A stretch of DNA of 44,597 bases. Origin: a virus. Lineage: Duplodnaviria; Caudoviricetes. Positions 9,469 through 16,636 of the stretch are shown piece by piece. The notes beneath the pieces were generated by a model. It was given only the letters and a program-made list of their open reading frames with translations, searched no databases and was not told the origin of the DNA. The position numbers were made by a program, and so were the translations under genes. Where the stretch lies: IMG/VR virus record IMGVR_UViG_3300010398_000015, positions 1 through 44,597 of that record. The stretch is one strand, 5' to 3'. How positions within the stretch are numbered: the first letter of the stretch is position 1; each line of letters begins with the position of its first letter.

Positions 9469-9624
9469 TACGAAGGATTTCGTACGAAGGTCTTCGTACT
9501 TACTTTACCGCTAACGTTATCGCTAACGTTACCGCTAAAGGTCTACTAGTTACTTAGTACTTAGTAGGTCGTAGAGCTTTACCGCTAAAGTTACTCTAAC
9601 GTTATCGGTAAAGTTAGCGGTAAC
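9469..9624. repeat. Array of short palindromic repeats
   Basis: TACGAA-N4-TTCGTA x2; seven 11-12 bp TTA-N3/4-TAA units in two blocks; TACTTAG x2 in between. Confidence 0.85.
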
Positions 9625-9780
9625 TGTGTAGAATTTTCTCCCCTATGTAAAAATTGCGCGCACAAATTACACGCTTTGCGTTATAAAGTCCTTTGAGGAC
9701 CTGTAAGTCCTTTATTATCATAGAGGATAGTTTGGACTGCCCCTTGCTATATATAGAGTGTAGTTCGAAGGACAAGGTGG

Positions 9781-10310
9781 CGCCTCCCGCGCGCGTTCTG
9801 CGCGTGACTTTTCTAGGGAGACGGAAGCCAAGATGGAACGCACAATTTTAATGGCCGATATTGAAGGCTAGGGTCACGGACGCTAGGTCTCCGTCAACTC
9901 AACCCGACCAGCTACGTTCGATGCGTAGTGTACGGTCAGGACTCCAACTTGAGTGAGACACGGACTGAATCTCCTCCCCCATGTTTCACGATTATACGAC
10001 AGGTGAAAGTATACGTCATTCGCTTGACCTGGGTACTCATCATACCGGAAGTCTCTGTGCCACCGTATGCGCCGTATAGTCTAGGGTGATCCGACTAGCA
10101 GATTGACACTTTGCGGAGTAGAACCAAATCCTTCCCTATTCTGTTTGTTTGTTATCAAGCGTACGTGATTCGTCGCTACAGATAGGCGTCGTCCGACTTA
10201 ATGCGGATATAGGTAATGCCGTCTCGTGTCGAGTGTAGGAGAATAAGTGGAATCTCATACAGGTGAGGACTCAACGAAGTCCGTTATCAGCCTAAGATAT
10301 GAGAGGACTC
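9781..10310 (+). ncRNA. Candidate large structured non-coding RNA (family not recognised)
   Basis: No ORF of 60 aa or more on either strand; many nested helices; a possible long-range helix GAGACGG/CCGTCTC. Strand inferred from G-U pairs and context. Confidence 0.4.
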
Positions 10311-10364
10311 TATTTGGCCTTACATTAAGATTTCATTTATGAGATTTTAATGAAAGGTCAAATA
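10311..10364 (+). promoter_or_regulatory. Long hairpin (~24 bp) covering the RBS of the first early gene; RNase III-site-like
   Basis: TATTTGGCCTT-A-CATTAAGATTTCA / TGAGATTTTAATG-A-AAGGTCAAATA; apart from one A-A mismatch, the non-Watson-Crick pairs are G-U on this strand. Confidence 0.6.
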
Positions 10365-10368
10365 AACT

Positions 10369-10578
10369 ATGAATACTATCAGTTTTCGCTTCTTTCCTTC
10401 CGGACATCCGACGTTCGACGTCGTGATTGACGGAACTTCTTGGAAACAAGAAGACGACCAAGTGTACATTTACGATGAAAAAAATCACGTAATCGCTCAC
10501 ATTTGGTTGGACAATGGTTACGTTGAGGTCATGGAATTCGGAAAGGAGAAACTTAAATTAACGGCTAATGCTGCCTAA
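10369..10578 (+). CDS. Early hypothetical protein
   Basis: 69 aa ORF with a GAAAGG RBS. Confidence 0.7.
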   Translation: MNTISFRFFPSGHPTFDVVIDGTSWKQEDDQVYIYDEKNHVIAHIWLDNGYVEVMEFGKEKLKLTANAA

Positions 10579-10584
10579 CAAATC

Positions 10585-10624
10585 TTCAGGGGGCTTGCAA
10601 AATTCTTTTTTGTAAGCCCCTGAA
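10585..10624 (+). other. Intergenic inverted repeat (terminator or processing hairpin)
   Basis: TTCAGGGGGCTTGCAAAA / TTTTGTAAGCCCCTGAA with one bulge. Confidence 0.55.
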
Positions 10625-10652
10625 TCTAAACCAATTATACCCAAGAAAAGTG

Positions 10653-10682
10653 TTGACTCGCGTTTTTTACGCCGGTTATACT
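10653..10682 (+). promoter_or_regulatory. Sigma70-type early promoter
   Basis: TTGACT, 18 nt spacer, TATACT, upstream of a strong AAAGGAG RBS. Confidence 0.65.
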
Positions 10683-10730
10683 TTCCTTAGGTGGAATTGA
10701 AAGGCCACCTATTTAAAAGGAGATACCAAT

Positions 10731-11066
10731 ATGCAAACTGTACAAGGAACCGTTGAAGTTTCCGTGGGATCGCGCAAGTTCTCACGTCCCTTTGAGAAGG
10801 TCGTTTTCCAGAGTCGTGAAGACGTGCTGGAAGCCCTTCAGACCGATAAGGGATTGGTTGAATTGCTCGACCATGTTAACTACTCGATCGATCTGACCGA
10901 ACGTGCAAAGGTTCGTCAGGCAATCCTCGCCAACGAGGCTTCGTCGGCTGCGAGCGAAGAGAAGTCCATCAAGGACTTGATGAAGGTTCGCGCTGCGGCT
11001 GGCAAGCCCGTCACCGAAGACCAAGCTCGCAAGATCATCGAGGTCATGAAGACCTTAGAGGTCTGA
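10731..11066 (+). CDS. Early hypothetical protein
   Basis: AAAAGGAG RBS; followed by a strong hairpin. Confidence 0.85.
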   Translation: MQTVQGTVEVSVGSRKFSRPFEKVVFQSREDVLEALQTDKGLVELLDHVNYSIDLTERAKVRQAILANEASSAASEEKSIKDLMKVRAAAGKPVTEDQARKIIEVMKTLEV

Positions 11067-11073
11067 ATCCGCA

Positions 11074-11182
11074 GGGGGGACCTTTCTCGAGAGGTTCCCC
11101 CTCCTTCATTAAGTCTTCATACACTGAAGATTTAATGAAGGTAGGAAAGCAAGCTACCCTGGGGGAGAGTACGAAACCTCCC
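11074..11182 (+). other. Cluster of four consecutive hairpins, including a second CATTAAG/TTAATG stem
   Basis: Stems at 11074-11101 (12 bp), 11103-11141 (17 bp), 11140-11158 and 11163-11182. Confidence 0.6.
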
Positions 11183-11202
11183 ACCTTGAAAAGGAGGCCT
11201 TT

Positions 11203-11403
11203 ATGGCAATTAAAAGAGTCGACAACCTAAATGAGGTGTCGGCTTTCCTCAAAACTGAGGTCACGAGAGTCGTAGCTAATGTCGCTCGAGACTTAGATCT
11301 TCGACCGGATCATATCCTCGACGCTGCTCGAGTCCTGAATCAAATCGACAAGCTGCAAGGCGACATCGTCAGATTCACGGAGAACTTGGAGGTGAGGAAA
11401 TGA
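11203..11403 (+). CDS. Early hypothetical protein
   Basis: AAGGAGG RBS. Confidence 0.8.
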   Translation: MAIKRVDNLNEVSAFLKTEVTRVVANVARDLDLRPDHILDAARVLNQIDKLQGDIVRFTENLEVRK

Positions 11404-11591
11404 CCTATTACGATGACAACTACGGTCATTACGAGATCGAAGACCAAGATGACGTCGATTTCTACCATCAGGTCCAACGTGAATCCGTTTACAAGACCTG
11501 CTCTGGTTGCAATCGACGTGTCAAGATCAAACCTGACTACGCCTACTGCAACTCCTGTGCGACCAAAATCGAACAGGGGTATGACCTCTAA
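11400..11591 (+). CDS. Small Zn-ribbon protein
   Basis: GGAGGTG RBS, ATGA overlap, CSGC...CNSC. Confidence 0.8.
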   Translation: MTYYDDNYGHYEIEDQDDVDFYHQVQRESVYKTCSGCNRRVKIKPDYAYCNSCATKIEQGYDL

Positions 11592-11755
11592 TGCCTACAA
11601 AAAAGTGGGTCGTATCATCTGGCGGTATTGTCTATACCGTCTACGCTAACTCGATCTCTGAAGTCTTCCAGATCGTTCAAGACTCATCAGATCGTCTCCC
11701 AGATGACCTTATAATCCACCGAATCTCTCGCTCAGATCCAAAATACCCTCAGTAA
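11591..11755 (+). CDS. Small hypothetical protein (54 aa)
   Basis: Not in the ORF track; TAATG overlap; MPTKKWVVSSGGIVYTV...KYPQ. Confidence 0.55.
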   Translation: MPTKKWVVSSGGIVYTVYANSISEVFQIVQDSSDRLPDDLIIHRISRSDPKYPQ

Positions 11756-11924
11756 TTTCAGATCTTTCAAGGCTTCGTCTTAAGGGATTTACTTACCTCC
11801 CTAAATGGAGTTCCGCTAAGGGATTGCTGAAGTTTCGGGGCAATAATGCTGAACTACCGGGCCAAAATACCCCCCCTAACCCATTGAAAACAGGGGGGTT
11901 AGGGGGTTCGGCCAGTAAGAGGAG

Positions 11925-11951
11925 TATATACATATATATATATATATATAT
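11925..11951. repeat. (TA)n dinucleotide tract
   Basis: TATATACATATATATATATATATATAT. Confidence 0.95.
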
Positions 11952-12073
11952 TACACACTTCTCCCTTCCCTCCCGCTATATAAATTTTACATAGCATTTC
12001 CAACCTACCCCCTGTAAGGGGGGCTTGAAGGCCGATTCCGCCTAAGCCCTTGAAAACAAAGCAAATAAAGGGC

Positions 12074-12103
12074 TTGCATTCGCCAATGAAACGGCGGTAA
12101 CCT
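12074..12103 (+). promoter_or_regulatory. Putative sigma70-type promoter for the replication arm
   Basis: TTGCAT, 18 nt spacer, TAACCT; same spacing as the 10653 promoter. Confidence 0.5.
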
Positions 12104-12149
12104 AGCTATACCGGCCCCATACTACAACGGTATTGGGACAAGAGGAATT

Positions 12150-12365
12150 ATGAAACGCAAGGGAGTCCAAAAGGAGATCAGTGATAGGATAAGGCGTGGA
12201 ATACGCAAAGCTAAATCCAATAGATCTGACGTAGTTCATCAGTATCGACACAAGATGGATTATGAGACGGACTACCCCAAAAGTTTTGACAAAAGTTTTG
12301 AATCACGATTTTTTGAAGAACTAGAAAAACTAAGAAAGGAGGATCTAAATCCAAATGGGAAATAA
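12150..12365 (+). CDS. Hypothetical protein
   Basis: GAGGA RBS. Confidence 0.7.
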   Translation: MKRKGVQKEISDRIRRGIRKAKSNRSDVVHQYRHKMDYETDYPKSFDKSFESRFFEELEKLRKEDLNPNGK

Positions 12366-12876
12366 TTCCTGGGAGAGATGTCAGTACGTATCTCCACAAG
12401 GGGAGGAATGCGATGTGTGGTTTCAAGTAGACGGTAAAGGTCATCTTTGCCCGAAATACCATAGAAACCTCTCTGTAACGGAGAATAAAGAAAACTTTAT
12501 CTCCCTAATGAATTCCGAGCGCGATTTGTGCTATAAAATGTCCAATGAGGATCTAGAACAGCATATTACCTCGCTGGAAGCCAAGATCGAAGAGTTTCTC
12601 CAGACTGAGCGCACGAAATTAGCAAGCGCCCGCGCTGTTAGGGCAGAACGCTATCAGAAGATGAGCGCGGAAGAACGCAAGGAATTACAAAAGATCAAGG
12701 TGAGCGATCCCAACGGGAAGAAGCCTACGGCTAAATCTCGTGAGGATAAATCGACCAAGATGGCTAACAAGCTGGGAGTCTCTCGTAATGATTTACTAAC
12801 GATGGACGTCGACCAGTTAATGGCAAGGTTCAACAAGGCGAAAGGAAATGACGAAGCAAGTAAATCTACTGCATAA
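12355..12876 (+). CDS. Hypothetical protein (N-terminal Cys/His cluster, coiled coil)
   Basis: AAGGAGG RBS; C...C...CPKYH cluster. Confidence 0.75.
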   Translation: MGNNSWERCQYVSPQGEECDVWFQVDGKGHLCPKYHRNLSVTENKENFISLMNSERDLCYKMSNEDLEQHITSLEAKIEEFLQTERTKLASARAVRAERYQKMSAEERKELQKIKVSDPNGKKPTAKSREDKSTKMANKLGVSRNDLLTMDVDQLMARFNKAKGNDEASKSTA

Positions 12877-13093
12877 CTCGATGGTAGACATGAATTGTCA
12901 CATCGACCTGGCTACGAACACGGGATGCTTCTGTGTCGTTCATGGGCATAAAAGTGAGTCGTTTTACCATTTGAACGATGCTATCAAGCATTTCTTCACT
13001 ATAACTGAGGGGCTTTTCGACCAGGCGACTAAGCTGGTCGAGGAATGCTCATCGAGACATACTCAGCTAGTAATCGGGAGGCATCGGAAGTGA
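12848..13093 (+). CDS. Hypothetical protein
   Basis: AAAGGA RBS; overlaps its neighbours. Confidence 0.65.
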   Translation: MTKQVNLLHNSMVDMNCHIDLATNTGCFCVVHGHKSESFYHLNDAIKHFFTITEGLFDQATKLVEECSSRHTQLVIGRHRK

Positions 13094-13272
13094 CGATCAC
13101 AATGTGGAAGGTTAGTAAGCTCAGAAATGGGGAGACATCCAAGTCGGAAGAGCATGACCTCCGGCCAGGGTACAACGAATTCTATCTTCCCTCCGTCGGC
13201 CCGAATGAAGAACTCTGGGTCAAGGTGACGAGCGATCATGAAAGGGATTATACCCTGCACCTCAAGCGTTAA
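13090..13272 (+). CDS. Hypothetical protein
   Basis: Start moved to GTG 13090 (GTGA overlap, GGGAGG RBS). Confidence 0.6.
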   Translation: MTITMWKVSKLRNGETSKSEEHDLRPGYNEFYLPSVGPNEELWVKVTSDHERDYTLHLKR

Positions 13273-13348
13273 GCGTTAGGTACGATTCGACTACTCTCGC
13301 GAAACGAGAGTATTCGAATAGTAGTTAACCCACTGAAAGGAGAAACAT

Positions 13349-14941
13349 ACGCCGTTCACAAAAACATACTGCCAACAATGCGGGAAAGTTGCTGAAGGTC
13401 TGAAGCAATTCGACATGGGCAAGACCCAAGTGTGGCTATTGAAATGTGGACACATAATCAAAGAAGAAGTTCTTAACTCTTCACGCCCTGAAGATATACG
13501 CTCGATGGATGGCAAGCGGTTATATCCGTTCCAAAACGACGGAGTACGCTTCGCTGAGAAGTCGGGCGGGCGGTGTTTGATCGGAGACGAGATGGGTCTT
13601 GGTAAAACGATCCAGGCTCTAGCGACAATGCACCTACATCCGAAGGAAATGTTACCGTTCCTATGGATCGGGAAATCAAGTCTCAAGTATCAATACCAAC
13701 ACGAGACCATGCGCTGGTTGGGAGAAGATGCCTTCGCTCAAGTCATCGATGGATCTAAATCAGTGTTGATGCCTGGGGTCATGGGATATATTATCTCATA
13801 TGATCTTCTGAGAAGAATGAACGACAACTTCGCTGAACAAGTGGAGAAACGAGTTAAGACTATCGTCTTGGACGAGTGCCAACAAATCAAGAATTCCGAA
13901 AGTGAGCGCACGAAGTATACGCGGCTGCTCTGCTCGAAGGTCAGGAATGTCATTGCACTATCTGGCACCCCGATCAAGAATCATGCGGCTGAGTATTTCC
14001 CGATCTTGAACATCTTGCATCCAGAGGTATTCCCTCGTGAGGCAACGTTCATTCGGTATGATTGCGATAGCTATTGGAATGGCTACGGTTACAAAACGGG
14101 AGGGTTAGCAGATCCGGAGGCTTTCAAGCGGAAGACTAAGACGTTCATCATTCGCAGAGAGCGCGCCGAAGTTATGCCCGACCTGCCTAAGATCGATAGA
14201 CAGTTTGAATTCCACGAGATGAGTAAGACCGTGGAGGCTGCCTACATCGAAACCTTCAAACAATTCCGCAATGAGTACAACAACGTTGGATTCAATACCA
14301 ATGGTGGGGGGATCTCCTTCGAGGATACCAGCAACATCCTGGCGTACTTATCCAGAATGAGGCATCTGGTTGGTCTGTCGAAGATTGATCCTTGCATCGA
14401 TCACTTGATGGAATTCTTGGGGTCTACGGATCGTAAGATTACTATCTTCGTTCATCATAAGGACGTTGGAGCCATCCTCGCTGAGAAGCTCAACACAGTT
14501 CTGAAGGAACTTGAACTCGAGCCTGTTATCCAGTTGACCGCTGATTTAGATGCGGGCGCGCGCTTTGATCGAGTCCAAGAGTTTCAGAACAACAGTAAGA
14601 AGCGAGTCCTAATTGCCTCAACTTTAGGATTCGGAGAAGGTCTCAACCTGCAATTCTGCCAGGATTGTATCATCCTGGAACGCCAGTGGAATCCCGCTAA
14701 TGAGGAACAGGCTGAGGCTAGATTCCCTCGACCTGGCTCCGTAGCGGAAAGTATAGCAGTGACCTATATGGTCGCTGTTGGTACTGTAGACGAGTTTTTC
14801 TCCGAAATTGTGGAGAAGAAACGTGAGATCGTGACTCAAACCTTGAATGGTGAAGCCGCTGTCTCATGGGACCAATCATCGTTGATGAAGGAGTTAACTC
14901 AAATATTGGCCGCTAACGGCGGTCGGAAATGGAGTATATGA
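13349..14941 (+). CDS. SNF2-family (SF2) helicase/translocase with N-terminal Zn ribbon; probable ACG start (first ATG at 13415)
   Basis: GDEMGLGKT, DECQ, LSGTPIKN, GEGLNLQ and WNPANEEQAEAR motifs. AAGGAG-6nt-ACG is in frame and adds CQQC to pair with CGH. Confidence 0.9.
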   Translation, partial: TPFTKTYCQQCGKVAEGLKQFDMGKTQVWLLKCGHIIKEEVLNSSRPEDIRSMDGKRLYPFQNDGVRFAEKSGGRCLIGDEMGLGKTIQALATMHLHPKEMLPFLWIGKSSLKYQYQHETMRWLGEDAFAQVIDGSKSVLMPGVMGYIISYDLLRRMNDNFAEQVEKRVKTIVLDECQQIKNSESERTKYTRLLCSKVRNVIALSGTPIKNHAAEYFPILNILHPEVFPREATFIRYDCDSYWNGYGYKTGGLADPEAFKRKTKTFIIRRERAEVMPDLPKIDRQFEFHEMSKTVEAAYIETFKQFRNEYNNVGFNTNGGGISFEDTSNILAYLSRMRHLVGLSKIDPCIDHLMEFLGSTDRKITIFVHHKDVGAILAEKLNTVLKELELEPVIQLTADLDAGARFDRVQEFQNNSKKRVLIASTLGFGEGLNLQFCQDCIILERQWNPANEEQAEARFPRPGSVAESIAVTYMVAVGTVDEFFSEIVEKKREIVTQTLNGEAAVSWDQSSLMKELTQILAANGGRKWSI

Positions 14942-14975
14942 TCCTCTCTCGCAAGCGAGAGAGGGGAGAAAAAAC

Positions 14976-15203
14976 ATGATTCTATATAGAGAGGACTTGG
15001 ATGCCCAGGAATGCGGGCATCCAAGTCATACGAAGGGGGAGGAAGAATGCTTTCTTCTCCTAACTGCACGGTGCCATCCTGGTAAGGGAATGGACGTCGG
15101 TTATGATAAATTAACCGGGCGGGTTTGCGCGCGCTGTCATGAGTGCGCGCAGCCTATTTGTTCAGTCCAGGTTGCAAGGAGGGTCGATGTCTCAAGGAAC
15201 TAA
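14976..15203 (+). CDS. Small Cys/His-rich protein
   Basis: GGGGAG RBS within an upstream hairpin; CGH, CH and CHEC motifs. Confidence 0.7.
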   Translation: MILYREDLDAQECGHPSHTKGEEECFLLLTARCHPGKGMDVGYDKLTGRVCARCHECAQPICSVQVARRVDVSRN

Positions 15204-15227
15204 ATTACCTACACGAGGAGATAAAAG

Positions 15228-15452
15228 ATGAATCAGCTTGAAGACGAAAGTAAGCCTCCAGAAACTGACCACTATGGTTACCGAGCGGATAGGTTTCCTC
15301 CAGAATCTGGGGGCGTCCGCTGGTGGAGGACCCAGGGATGGAATGGTCAATTCGACTTAATTCCCTGGACGGAACTCGAAACCAGGAAGGAAGCGGCGCG
15401 CAGGGAAGGCATCGAGGTCTACGACTACGATGACATGTGTTGGGACGGATGA
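15228..15452 (+). CDS. Hypothetical protein
   Basis: GAGGAG RBS. Confidence 0.7.
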   Translation: MNQLEDESKPPETDHYGYRADRFPPESGGVRWWRTQGWNGQFDLIPWTELETRKEAARREGIEVYDYDDMCWDG

Positions 15453-15664
15453 TTATTCAGATGATTATCCACGACACAGAACACTGTAAGATAGATCTAT
15501 CGTGGCAGATGGTTCCAGGCCACGAAGATTACTTGCAAATCACCTCGTTCAATTTACGAGGTACAGAATGGCGTAGTAAAATAATCAGGTTGTCAGCAAA
15601 GACAGTCTGTAAGATGATTCAGTTTATAGGAGAACATCATGGCAACGAAGACGGTAGCGAGTGA
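15449..15664 (+). CDS. Hypothetical protein
   Basis: ATGA overlap at 15449. Confidence 0.6.
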   Translation: MIIQMIIHDTEHCKIDLSWQMVPGHEDYLQITSFNLRGTEWRSKIIRLSAKTVCKMIQFIGEHHGNEDGSE

Positions 15665-15932
15665 AGCGGGCGAATGTTTTTATTGCTCACTCCCAATAGA
15701 GAAGGGAGACCTGATCTACGAGGAGGGTGAGTCCATCGCTCACCTAGAGTGTTACGAAAGAGAGCGGGCCGACTCTCCCTCAGAGTTCAGTGATCTCATC
15801 GAAGACGAGGACGAGGACGAGGACGAGGACATAATTGTCGCCCTGGAGGAAGAACCTGAATCGGAAGATCCTGATACGGCGGAAGAAAGCGAGCAGGACA
15901 CTGAAGGTCCGGACGGAGGAGAGGACGAATGA
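15639..15932 (+). CDS. Zn-finger protein with a very acidic C-terminal tail
   Basis: AGGAG RBS; CFYC...HLEC followed by a D/E-rich tail. Confidence 0.75.
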   Translation: MATKTVASEAGECFYCSLPIEKGDLIYEEGESIAHLECYERERADSPSEFSDLIEDEDEDEDEDIIVALEEEPESEDPDTAEESEQDTEGPDGGEDE

Positions 15933-16078
15933 CAATCAGACACCCTGAGTTCCAACAAATCCAATTCAAGAATCCGACGGTGAAGGTAATCGAGCGGATT
16001 CTTGACGATCCAAACATCAACCAGAAGTTCAAGGATTCTCTCATTGACCAGATGAGAAAACACGACTACAGGGAATAA
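15929..16078 (+). CDS. Small hypothetical protein (49 aa)
   Basis: Not in the ORF track; ATGA overlap, GAGGA RBS; MTIRHPEFQQIQFKNP...HDYRE. Confidence 0.6.
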   Translation: MTIRHPEFQQIQFKNPTVKVIERILDDPNINQKFKDSLIDQMRKHDYRE

Positions 16079-16171
16079 GTAATATGTGCGCCTCCGCTTA
16101 TAAACGGAGCAATACTGGACAATACTACGGGGCGCGCCTTTTATTTTAATTCTTTTAAAAGGAGAGAAACG

Positions 16172-16636
16172 ATGGTTAATGAGACGATAAAATTCAATCC
16201 GCCAAAGGCGGATTGGGGTCCGGGACCTTGGCAGGATGAACCTGATCGGGTAGATTTTCACCATGTCGGGTTCTCGTGCATGATGATACGTAATCATTCG
16301 GGCGCATGGTGTGGGTACGTGGGTATCCCGAATGATCATCCGCTGTACAAGGTTAGTTATCATGATGTGGATCTAAGCGCGCACGGAGGGCTAACGTACA
16401 GTAACAAATGTCAGAGTCCAATCTGCCATACTCCTACGCAGGGTTATCCCGAAGACGTATGGTGGTTCGGATTCGATTGTAGTCATGCGTGGGACTACAC
16501 ACCTGGGCTAGTGGCTACGATGCGGCGCCTGGGAATCAAGCGACTAACTTTAGATAAGGTCGAAACCTACCGCGATATGAATTACGTTCGCGGTGAGGTC
16601 GAGTCCCTAGCCAACCAACTAAAGGGATACAAATGA
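16172..16636 (+). CDS. Conserved phage hypothetical protein
   Basis: WCGYVGIP, HGGLTY and WWFGFDCSH motifs typical of a widespread phage family; AAAGGAG RBS. Confidence 0.85.
   Translation: MVNETIKFNPPKADWGPGPWQDEPDRVDFHHVGFSCMMIRNHSGAWCGYVGIPNDHPLYKVSYHDVDLSAHGGLTYSNKCQSPICHTPTQGYPEDVWWFGFDCSHAWDYTPGLVATMRRLGIKRLTLDKVETYRDMNYVRGEVESLANQLKGYK

Noticed and set aside
9469-9624. CRISPR or mini-CRISPR array
   Set aside because: Units are 11-16 bp and abut each other with no unique spacers; the Cas4-like gene is a solo phage nuclease.
9955-10100. Group I intron core (GGACTG/TAGTCT as P7), RNase P or tmRNA
   Set aside because: The other conserved elements are missing and no interrupted gene flanks it; kept only as an unclassified RNA candidate.
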